64,000 bases of DNA from Lama glama. Its lineage: Eukaryota. The stretch is from positions 72,604,001 through 72,668,000 of the forward strand of contig CM052817.1 in the NCBI GenBank assembly GCA_028534125.1. Reading direction: 5' to 3'. Shown here piece after piece: positions 52,811-64,000 of this stretch. The position numbers were made by a program, and so were the translations under genes. The notes below the pieces were generated by a model, which saw only the letters and a list, made by a program, of their open reading frames with translations, was not told where the DNA came from and searched no databases. Position 1 is the stretch's first letter; each line of letters starts with the position of its first letter.

Positions 52811-55649
52811 CACAACTTTTTTAAAGTCACTATTTCAGCTATAGCATTTTTTAAAAGACATTTTATTTGGTCTTATGTTTTTATTTTAGCAAATAAATAT
52901 CAGATCCACATGCTTGACTAGAAGAATTGATTGATAAAATAGTTTTCAAAGAATCTAATAATAAAGTAAATTAAAGGCAAGCTGCAATTCTAATTCCAGA
53001 TTTTACAGAAGAGTTACTGTTTTCTTTGGGGGTTTCTTTACGTTAGTTAACATTGTAACTACACTTGTCATCTATGATTTTCACTTAAGATAAATTTTTC
53101 CCCCAAAGAGGTTTATAATGAAAAGGGATGAAATTGGCATCATAAAAAATGGCATTTTTGAACATGTATAATACATTTCATGTTAATACTATGTTGAAAC
53201 TGAATAGCAACAGTGTCTTTTCTCCTTCTCTTCCTTTTCATGGTGCCAAAAGAGCCCATACATCCAGGTAGCCTTCAGATATAGTGTCAGAGAGCCCCTG
53301 TTTCTATCACTCCCTGATGATGAATGAGCTTCTTCGTCTAAACAAATAAGCACTTCAGAGAGTTACCCTTGACAGGGTTGTTAATCCAGAGAGCTTGCCT
53401 TATCACTACAGAATTCAAGGGCTGAAGTTTTACAGGATCCCTGCACTGCCTGGCTCTTGGGCAGTTGTCTGGAAGCTGCATGGCACACAGCCACTCTTTT
53501 CAAAAAATAGCCAGGCTCTGCCCTTCTCTTCAGTGTTCCCTGTGTTTCCAGATCAGGCCTGCTGCTAACCTGGGATTTTTCTTTTAGCAAATTGAAATCA
53601 TTTATATTATATGTGCAGCAATTGGTTAATATGCCACATTAATATAGCTTTCGTTTTATCTCCAGAAAAGCAATATGCCAACATACATTCTTATGCATGC
53701 AAAGCAAATAAAAGAAAGATAGGAAGGTTAAATGACTAGTCCTGGTCTTACAGAAGCAGAACTAGAAACACCACCTCTGGATTCCAGCATATGAAACACA
53801 GAGACAACTTCCACCTCTTATCAGCAATGTATAAATTTCTTACCAAAACTCTCTGGCTCTTGACTCTGCTTCCATTGACATCTAGACTAAAGGTCAGCAT
53901 TTCTTTTACATTCCAGAAGCTATTAGGAATCAGCTTCAACTTATATTTCTGTTAAGAATTGATGAGTTGACCTTAATTCAATGAGGTTCAACAAATCTCT
54001 CAGTAGCATCTCTCAAAATGCGTGCCCAGTGGATGATTAAGAAGTCAGAAAGAGGACTTATTTAGCAAGCATACAGTCTCTTGATATTTTCATAGTATCA
54101 ACATATATTTTCTTTCAATAAAAGTCACAAGTTAAAAATCAGTTTGCCTCTGTAAATAATTAGCAGGCACTTCAGACCTCCTTCTAACCTCCTCTATTCT
54201 TCCAATCCCACAGTGTAGCACCACAGGAGATATGTAGAAATAAAGAATGCATATTTTTTATCCCAGTCACAAGCCTTCTGTCTTAAAAGGTTTAGGAAAG
54301 GCATGTGACAAAGCCTGTTTGAAAAGCAGAGCATAATGTGCTTTCAGTTTATAAATGATAAAATATTCAAAAGCACAGGCTAACACCAAGGAATTGGTTA
54401 CTGCTAGATATCCGGAACTGTTTTTTCTTTCTTTCTCTTATCTCCTTGCTTTCTCTTTTTTCCCATTAAGAATAAAATGCAAATAAAACGCAAATGAAAC
54501 CCCTTAGGCCTGAGAAGGAGGAAAACAACTGTGCCCCAAAGAGAAAGAGCATGGGGGTCTCTTTGAATGCTTATCAGACAAATAGTTTAATCACAGGATT
54601 TTTTGATTGACTGGTTTAAAATGTTATTTTCTAATTTGCATGTTGCTTGAGTATTAAATTTTACAACCCTGTGGTTAAGCAAAACAGACAAACTATTTGC
54701 ACTTTGCTTTTCATTTCCTGCACAAAGAGCCTAAAAATTATAGATTATAAATACTGCTGATCAATGTAGAAAGTTTGCTACACTATTTCAATTCAAAATT
54801 GCTGCATAGTAGTTATTTCACAAAATGAGGATTCAACTCCTACATCCTACTTGATTATGTCATTGAATTTATTAAGGAAGAGCTGGACTATGCTCTATCA
54901 CAATGATAATATTGAGCTTCCTAACACTCAGACTCTGTGTGGGGAGCAACTGAAGCCTTAAACTGGGATCTACAGACAGGCTTTCTGAAGATTCCACATA
55001 AATGAAAGATGAAGTGAATCGTATTGAAATGGCTCAAGATGATTCTACATTAAAAGGAGAGCCCAGTCTTTCCAGGCTGTAAACCTATACACATGCACAT
55101 CAGATCTAACTAAAAAGGTTAAAATCGCAGGAAGGATCAATTCTACTGTAATGCTCACAGATAAGGTTTTTAGATTCACATAAACCCTTTCATTCACATT
55201 CCATGGCTGGTTTTTTAAAATTATTTGCATTTACTGTGAACCGGCAAAAGGGAAAACATTATTTAGAGTCTCAACACAACTAAATCATGGTGAAATATTA
55301 CAAGCAGAAAGCTAAGCGTTAGCCCTAACTTCTCCCAGCCCCTATCCCCTCAACACTTTATATTCTGTGGCTAGGTCTTACTTTTCTTGGGCTATCTTCA
55401 ATTTTTATGGCAAGGAAAATGCTTCCTTTAAGTTGTAAGACCATATAAGTATACAGTTATGCTAGTTATATTTATCAAAAAATATGTTAAGTATCTTCTT
55501 GACCTAACTTGAGACTCAATTTAAAACATCACCATGATATATCTACCATTGTAGTTCTTTATATATATTTATGGAGATTTCAAAAGATGGATGAAACTAT
55601 ATTATTTCTAAAGGCAAGTATAGAAGCTATATTATAATACAGTAACTAT

Positions 55650-56050
55650 TATAAGCAGAAAACTTAATTTCTAGATAAATTTTTATCAGTACCCCTGTAT
55701 CAAGGTGGACAGCGTTGATGAAAGATGCTTGTAAATGTACCTAAGATAAATACACAATGGAGATTCTTAAAAAAGATTAAATAAGTGAGGAACAATTCAA
55801 AAGAAAAATGAAAAAAAAAGTGAAAAATGGATTAGAGAACTGATTCATCCAGTTTCAAATGCCTTGGGTTCAGATGGTTATGATAAGAAGTTGACTTGTT
55901 TAGAGAAAGTAAAGAGAGAAAAAATTTATTTTCAGCAATCGATGATTTTTAAAATTGAAGTAGAAAAGATGAAAATTACAGGAACAAATCTTTTATAAGC
56001 AATGGAAAAGACTTCAAAATAATGCCTGAAACAAACCAGAGCACCTTAAA
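55650..56050 (+). mobile_element. Ancient L1 ORF2 remnant
   Basis: A-rich, with 'ccttgggttcagatggttat' (PGPDGF-like start of the RT region). Confidence 0.4.
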
Positions 56051-57882
56051 GCTTGTAATATAAAGTTCTGTAATGGAAATAAAAGGCTATCATGTAAGAC
56101 AATTATCTTTGCTCTTAAATACCTTTCCATAGTCTTGGCCCCATTCTGTTGGATAAATTACGTTTCATAAGAAAATCTTGTTTCTTAAAAAAATTTCTAA
56201 GTCTATCTTGAGTGAATTTACAGTGTCTTAGAATAAGCAAGTGATTAGATAGTTATATTCCAGTCAATGACATTTTCCTGAGAAATTAACTAAAGAGAGT
56301 TGAGCTTGAGAGGTTTGGACAGAAGTGAAGAGAATCTCTCAGGTTTTTCGTAGGGTGTATTCTTTTCCAATAATCAGACAGGTGTTCATCTCAATTGCTC
56401 TTTATTTCTACATATCTATTGACTAGGACATTCACTCTGCTAAGGAACAAACACAATAGCGTCCATGAGAGAGCTATCAAGTGTGATGTAACTGCCCCAT
56501 AGAGAGACTGTGTCCTTGTTTTCCTCCCTCTGTTATCTCACTAGACAAATCTCCAGCCTTTAATTGCAGCCTTGGCTGTGCAATAATTAACAGTTTGGGT
56601 TGGGGGAAGGGTCTTGTTTAAAAACTATGTAATAGGTTAGAGGTTTTTACCATATACCTCAACTTAGTATGAAATTGATTTTTAAAATAGAAATTGCTTG
56701 GCAACTGTCTTTTAATGGTCCATCTGGACAGTGGAGGAAAGCATTTTGATTGACTGAATGTTCTTTAAGATGGATGGATGCATGAAGTCGATTTACTTGA
56801 GATCAGAGTAACTCTTTAAATCTGTGTAGCTGCATAGCATGTTCTCTTCTTTTCAAAAAAGATCAACTAACATGAAAGAGATTCTTCCTTTGTGGCTGCC
56901 CCAAAATAAACATTAACTCTTGCACCAGAGACAGGAGGATGAGGAAAGGCTCTCAGTGCAGTTGGTGGTGTACATGAAGTGGACGCTGCTCCTGAGAAGT
57001 TCAGATTAGAGAATTCCCCCCATGAAGTCAAATAAACCCAGATGAGATAATTCACTGGGCTTCCATCAGTTACACTCACATCTCATGAGATCCCACCCAC
57101 AGGACAAAGTGCTGAACTGAACAAAAAAGACTCCAAAATAAAATGAGAAACTGATTTCACAAATAGCAGCAGGGCTCACTGTAGGAACTCGTTTAAATGC
57201 TTACAAGAAAGAAACTAGCTCAATATTAGAAAACAGTTTAGCAAGAGTGAAGTAAAAACTAACAAGTTTCTCCATGAACACTTTTTAAGGGTGTGATCAT
57301 ATTATAGAGAATTTATTCCAAATGAAGACTTCATATAGTAGGGATTTATTCTCATAAGGAGAGAGTATGAAGTTGCATCTCTTCATATGTATGAAAATAT
57401 TAAACTTGATCTTGTCTGCTTTCATATTATAAAATAAAATCATGATTTTTTAAATAATTTGTATTTATCACAAAACTTGTTCCTGGATGGATGGATGTAT
57501 GCGTGTGTGTGCCTGTGTTAGTTGATCAAGCTTAGAGAACATAACAGGGTTTCTGCTTAGGAACACAGTCTAAGAATACATTTTTTCTTCATTCTAACTT
57601 AAACAAGAGTTACGATGTAAAGTCTTCCAGGTATGATTTCAACTTTCCATTAAATTTGGCCCTGCTTAAATAAGCCCCCTGGGCCTAGAGCAAGTAAAGG
57701 CAGGTCAGATATTAGGTATGAAAAGTGCCTAAGAGATGGCTCCCTGCTGGCCACCATGATGACCATTTAAACCACCCTTGGTTGCAAGGACCATGTGAAT
57801 CTGTGGTTTCAGAATTTAAAAGTAAAAGTGTCACACACTAAAAAACACAAAAAATACAGATCCAAAATATATTAGGCATGCT

Positions 57883-58013
57883 CAGGACTGGCGACACACA
57901 TTTTGTGGGACCCAGTGCAAAATGAAAATGTGGGGCAACAGCAGAGCATTATACCAAGTGCTGTGTCCTGTGTGAACGCACAGGTCACACCACACAACCA
58001 TGAGGTAGCCCTG
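57883..58013 (-). mobile_element. MER45A-like MITE with internal deletions
   Basis: From 'caggactggc...ttttgtgggacccagtgcaaaatgaaaatgtggggc' to 'cgcacaggtcacacc...catgaggtagccctg'. Confidence 0.8.
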
Positions 58014-61000
58014 GTAAGGAGGGAACAGCTTAATTTGCTGTGAGTAACTTCTCCATGCTTCATATTATTCTCCATCAAATAGTCTCAAAGCACAAATCTA
58101 CATCTGCATTGATGGGATATGCATTCAGAGACCTTTTACCTGGCCTCTGTTTGTGTGGCTTCATATCTTTATGACATGGAATGAACAGCTTGGCGCCACG
58201 TTGCTGTTATCCATTAACCATTCCTGTTTTCCTAATCATCTCTGACTCCATCTTTCTCTGTCCTATCTGTTATTGTCTTCGGAAAAGAGATGTGAGTTTT
58301 CTTAGCCTGTTCTGGTTTACATGACATGATTTGTGTATCTGCCTACAAGAGTTTCTCAAATGAACCCCGTGTATTATCTTCTTCCCCCAGCCCCTCCTCC
58401 TCTGAAGAAAGAAGAAAAAGGTCATACATCTGTAAAATGACAGCACTTAAGAAAAATGAGAGTTTGGCCCACATGGCTCTCATCAGACACAGACTCATCT
58501 GCTGTGCCACAGACACTGCTCATTTCCTTCAGAATCAGACTACAGTTAAAAACAGGAAACACCTAATAAATTGCCTGGTCTACCAAATTAACAAAGCATA
58601 AAGAAACTTTCTAGGTAATCAATGAGTATTGTTTGCTTTAAAGCATGCAAGTGTCAAACATAAGACATCTAGAAACGTAACCATACTCTTCTCTATAAAA
58701 CAATTTTAAGATGTCAACCTCAATTTAAATTTAGAAATAAAAATACTTACTCAGAGAAGGTGTAGAAAAATTGGAGTTTATACCTAGTTTGCAGTCACAG
58801 ATGGACTTCAAGTATTTCAGAAGCAGTGAGAACTTTTATCATATATTCACTGTGCTAGGCTTTTTAGGCACATTTTTTTAAACAATAAATTATTTATACA
58901 ACAATCATACAAGTGACAGAATTTTTAAGATAATCTCCTTTTGTGTGAAATTAATCAATCCAATTTTTTAAAGCGAAAAAAATCTCAGCATTACAAAATA
59001 TTTTATCACAGCAATATCTAATTGCCAAGAGCTGCTTGTTTTCATATATTCTTGCCTAGAGTGAAATCAGTAATAAAGCATAAAGTAAGGGGATACTTTC
59101 TTGAACTGCGTTTTGCATAACAAAAATACAATTAAATTTAAATTTGGAAAAAAAAAACCAATATGCTATGCAATTACAACCCTTTCTACTCCTGCTCCTA
59201 AAAAATCCTTTCTCCATGAAAAAAAACAGAGGGTAAAAGTCTGAAATAAAAAAAAACTGCGCCCTCATTTCCTTCAAAGCTTTTGAAAGTCTAATCCTGC
59301 TAATGCTTATGTGTTCTGTGTTTCACTCCTATTCCTAAAACAAGCTTCTAGGAAAATGGCAAAGAAATAAAAACTTTTTACAATTGACAAGAAGAATAGC
59401 CTTTGAATTCCTACATTTCAATACACTCCTTAGAAAACAACCTTTATTTCTAGAAAGAAATCAACTACTCTATCCCTCAGAAGTGACACAAAATGTTTCT
59501 GCCACCACTCAAAGATATTTTACTATTCAAATCAAGTCTACTCCACTGAAACTATTATTTGTCCTGTGCATGAGTGACCCCTTCAGGTGCTGTACTGCAA
59601 GGACATTCTATGCACAGAGTGGGAAAAGTTCCCCTGACACAATATATGAATGCTAAGAATTTCAGAAAATTTTCAACAGAGGAATTCATTCAAAAGTGCT
59701 CTGAGAATAATAATGATTTTAAACAATCTAAAAAATGCTTCTATTAATACATTTCATATACCATTCATACATACTAACCAAAAAAGAAATTTTAAACACT
59801 ACATGCTAGAAATAAGATGAGCATAATATTCAGAATACAATGTCAGGTCCTATTTCAAATAGTACATGCTCTGACCCTACAAATATACTAGAATTTATCA
59901 AATTATGTATCTGGATCTTTTCTTAAAAAAAATAGTTACTACAAAAATGGGGATTAAAATAACACATTAATTTCTGACCTTTAGAAGTTTAAAACCGAAT
60001 TGCAAACTCCATGAAAAAATAATTTAATAATTAAGCCAGAATTTTCCAGGAAGATATGAAAATTTCATGATCTTCGTAGCCTCAGATAAAATGTCTGAAG
60101 CTGCCTGAACAGTAGGCTGCCAAGAAAAAGCAAGTATTTGGAACTGGGGTAATTCTGGTTTGTGAATAGTGAAATGAGTTTGGAGTTGGACCCAAGCATC
60201 ATTACCAACAGTCCAAACTAAATGCCTAAGGTGAGGATCATGGACTGGGGCCCCACTCAAACTGAAAATACACAAGATGCATTCTAGAAGGCAGGGTCAT
60301 AATGATGTGAACCTGGAAAGTGGCAATACCCGCCTGTAGGCAAGTAGTGTCATGGACCTGGGGTAGAATACAGAATGAGGCAATGCCTCAGCCAGCATGA
60401 CTAGCTGTTAAATACAGAACTCAACTTCTAAGATATAAAGTGTCAGGGAGGGTTGCTTTAGGGGGCCCAAATCAGCCTGATGTTCAGGATGAGATTTCAT
60501 TTTGGGTAGTACTTGGACTACAAACTAGTAATCATGGGATCCACACAGAGTTAGCTGGGAAAAAAGGCAAGTGGTACACTATAAGGAATCAATTAATGAA
60601 GACCATATTCAAAGTTAAGGATAACAGAGTGACTGAGTGACTTCTTATCCTTTATTCACGGCAAGGCTTAAGGGGTCCTTAATAAGTAGTAGAGGTTGAC
60701 ATCCATTGCCTCAGCAGCCATGCCACACACATACTGAACAAACTGGACAAGCAGGAACAGATACATAGAAGAGATTTAAATAAAGCCTCTGAGTGAGGGT
60801 GAAATTTTGAAAAAAAGCAGAGGAATATAGAGCATGTTTTCACACTGTAATTAGGAAGCAAAACCTGTCTATTGGGCACTCTGCCAATCATTAACCTCAA
60901 TAATCAATACCTTTATATACGAATGGTATAAAAATCATTAGCATATAAAATTATGATATGAAGATAATAAAGATCTTCAGACTTCCTGAGTATTTTAAAT

Positions 61001-61329
61001 ATTTTTAAATATATATTAAAAATATGTCAAATTCTATGTTAAAATATAATTTTTATGTTGAACAGTTAATGATTATTTAAACCTCTTAAACAGATCAGAA
61101 ATCCATGCCATTAAATTTAGCACATCATATGGCTTAAGTACATGGCTCTGTCCTGTTAACACTTTTTTAAGAATTATTTTGCTGAATATATAAAGGCAAC
61201 CTCATCAAAAATTTTGCAGCTAAGCAGATTGGGTTATACATCTAATATATATTAGGTAGATGGTTAACATAAGATAAAAAATTATCTTGATAGACATAAA
61301 AACAAGCCCAAACCACATGAAATTGAACA

Positions 61330-61615
61330 TCACTAGATGTAATGAACTTCCTTAAAGTTAAAAAATAATTCAGTATTCTTAGATGAAAAACTCAAAATTG
61401 GACAGATTTAATTCTCCTACACTTATTTGCATATTTAATTAGTTTAAACTAAAATATTGTTTACGGTAAAGGTGGTGGAATCTGATCAAGTTACAGATTT
61501 TCTGAATGAATAAATACATAATAATTGACATATAAAAAGGAATGATACTGGGATAATGATTTCTATCAGCTAGTGAAACATACTATAAAGCTATAGTAAT
61601 TAAGAGGATGTGGTC
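61330..61615 (+). mobile_element. Ancient L1 ORF2 remnant
   Basis: 'aaacatactataaagctatagtaattaagaggatgtggt' (YYKAIVIK..W-like). Confidence 0.6.
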
Positions 61616-62989
61616 AAATCCATGCATATGCTCTTGTTTGGGGATAAATTCTTAGAAGTCAGAAAAATCTATTATTTAACTCTGCTCAATAACTAAACTC
61701 TCTTTTTAAAGCAGGGCTAATCAATGAATTATTTTTTGCAATCAGATATTCCCACTAACAGAATAATGTATTACCTATCTCTGCTGCCACAAACTATGTA
61801 CATTAAGGAAACACCGAGGTGGCCTGCAACTGAAATAATTTACTTTGTGACTCTGCATCCCTCTCCTTTTTTTCCCTCTGTGATTTTTTCAAGAAAAAAT
61901 AAAAATCTTTTTTCAGTAAAAACCTGACCTAGAACATGCTGAGTTCCTACTATCTCTGCCATAAACTCCAGGAGATAGAAAACAAACCGGTTCAAAAAAA
62001 GAGTCATTATTTCCAAGATAAACAGAAGATGTTTCACAAATAGCATGTGTCATCAGAGCAAATCCCCTTATGATCCAACCTTTGCCTAGATCTGGAAGGT
62101 AACAGGAAACAGAGAGAACCTTAAAGACAGAACTTCTAAACACTTGCAGGAGGAGACACCAAACTTTCCACAATTTGTATGCAATTCTTACCTAAGGAAA
62201 CAAATCTTCCAATGAAGACTGGTCAACGAACAGCTCATATTGCCAGCCCCATCTGGCCAAGAGTGCCACCCAATTTTAGTGAGGAAGGACCAAATAATCC
62301 TGTTGGTTATTTGTATTTTGTGACCTACATAATCAGATTAATTAACTGTCAATTAAGAATGTACATTTCTCACTCTATTGTGCATATTCAATTATTCTTA
62401 GCTATTTTTATGAGCTGTAATAAATTCTCAAGTAAAAATACCTCTTTCTCATAAATATCCTGAATGAGTCAAAGCTATATTATTATTCAAATTAAGACCA
62501 TATTTTAAAAAATACCCTGCAGAACATGTAAGCAGCACCCTTTACAGGATGCCCCTTAGGAAAAATGATTTCTATCACCATATGTCACATATTGAATTAA
62601 AATACTCTAATGATGCATTTTCTAATCCTGTCATGGATTCTATGTAGTCTGAATTGGTTAGTCTTAAATTGGTGCATAATGCTTATGAGGCCAGTGTGAT
62701 AACATCAACATCCATCAAACCACTGAGATTAAGGAACTTTGCATTCTTTAAGTACATGAGTGTGGGAGCATGTGCACATTCATGGGGACAAACACACACA
62801 CACAAATGCAAAAAAGTAACACGGAAAACTGGAAAAATTACGTTAATAATTTAGTGCAATCATTGCTACTTTTGGAGTCTAACTTAAATGAATCAAGGAT
62901 CATGACTTGCTATGAACATATCACTCATTCGCCTTCCCTGAGTATATCCTAAGCTCCTGAACCAGGGCTCTTCAGTAGCAAGCAGCCCA

Positions 62990-63195
62990 GCTAGCATTAT
63001 TAAACATTAAAGCAACTCTGTGCCAGGCACTGTTCAAGTGCTCCACCACACATTTACAGTCAATCCTCGGTATAACGCTATACATTTGAGAAAAAGATAA
63101 ATTAACTTGCCCATTATTATAGCATTAAGGAAAGCCGGGATTGAATCTCAGGTATGTCTGGCCTCAGAGCTCAAGTTCATTAACTGCTGTATTAC
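62990..63195 (-). mobile_element. MIR SINE
   Basis: 'ctctgtgccaggcactgttcaagtgct...aacttgccc...agccgggattgaatctcaggtatgtctggcctcagagctc'. Confidence 0.8.
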
Positions 63196-64000
63196 GTTGA
63201 CGCATGAAAATATCACACGGATAAATGTAAATTTAGCTCTTGTTTCAAATCAGTTGGTCCATGATTTTTTAGCTATATTTTATCGTTCAGTGTGGGAAGG
63301 AGATTATGATTGAATTGATAATATTCCTAAACAAATTGTCTAAAATCCTTTGTGGGAAAAGGCAGGTTAAAAATAAATGAATATATACATACGTCCATAG
63401 ATTAAAATATCTGTGAATATTTTCTTCTGCTAGAAATGAGACAGCAAAAGAAGGTAAGACGGACTTGGGAGTTATTGAAAGAAGGAGATTCGAAGTTCAC
63501 AAACCAAATGTAGCAGAAAGGAACACAAAACTAAAACTCATCCGAGCTCTCATCACACAGGAAGGCAGGGAATTTTCCCTCAGTTATTACTGTGGGGACT
63601 CCCTTACCACATACAGGCAATGCAATGACCCAGAAGACCCATGCAGTGTTAGTGCATCAGGAAGACCCCTCGGACTTCTCCCTAAACTGGCTGACGCAGA
63701 GATATCCCTTGTCCGAGCTCACATGGAGCCCTGGGAACCTGCTGCACTTGTGCCACAGATAACACAAGAGAACCTCAGCTGAGGCTGGAGACCAGAGACC
63801 AAGGGCCTGCCTTGAGGGCCCCTCCGGCAGGCACTGCCCTCTAAGGACTTTCTACGTCCCAGCTGGGGAGCTTCCAGGCCCACCCCAGCCTCAAGTAATG
63901 TCCTTGCTCCGAGCTCTTTCCTCAAAGGTTCAAGCTTCTAGAAAACAAAACCCCAAAATACAGGTTGTTTCAGATAACTTCTACTTTTGCCCTCTACACA

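Noticed and set aside
52487..52813. 108-aa ORF as a gene
   Set aside because: Frameshifted fragment of L1 ORF2p inside a truncated retrotransposon.
58745..58880. Minus-strand exon ending at TGA|gtaagt
   Set aside because: No convincing acceptor, and stops interrupt the frames; an isolated GTAAGT is expected by chance.
63055..63080. Tigger-like TIR 'tacagtcaatcctcggtataacg'
   Set aside because: Collinear with the surrounding antisense MIR, and no partner TIR.
151..63925. The short ORFs in the six-frame track as protein-coding genes
   Set aside because: All are 117 aa or shorter, many start at non-ATG codons, have low-complexity or repeat-derived composition, and resemble no protein I recognise other than L1 ORF2p; no consistent exon chain was found.
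1..64000. CRISPR arrays, operons or other prokaryotic systems
   Set aside because: The sequence is mammalian repeat-rich DNA with no regularly spaced repeats and no dense ORFs.

Overview
AT-rich mammalian non-coding DNA (intergenic or a very large intron), almost certainly from a camelid: it carries a tRNA-Ala-derived Vic-1-type SINE and cetartiodactyl/camelid-type L1 3' ends, and I saw no bovid, suid or primate SINEs. No protein-coding gene, true tRNA, rRNA or CRISPR array can be supported. The only ORFs with recognisable protein similarity are broken L1 ORF2p C-terminal fragments. Much of the window is transposon fossils: five young 5'-truncated L1s (most with readable TSDs, one nested inside an older L1MB), ancient L1, L2, L3/CR1, MIRs, two MaLR LTRs, three MER45A-like and several MER5-like hAT MITEs, and a Tigger-type MITE. 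The most interesting unique-sequence signals are candidate regulatory modules. Several cluster K50-homeodomain (OTX/CRX/PITX-type TAATCC) sites, including a small CpG-rich patch at about 48.0-48.25 kb, and others carry POU/PBX motifs. There are also a few speculative exon- or microexon-like segments. Repeat subfamily names are from memory of consensus sequences and need RepeatMasker/Dfam confirmation. All regulatory calls are motif-level inference only.
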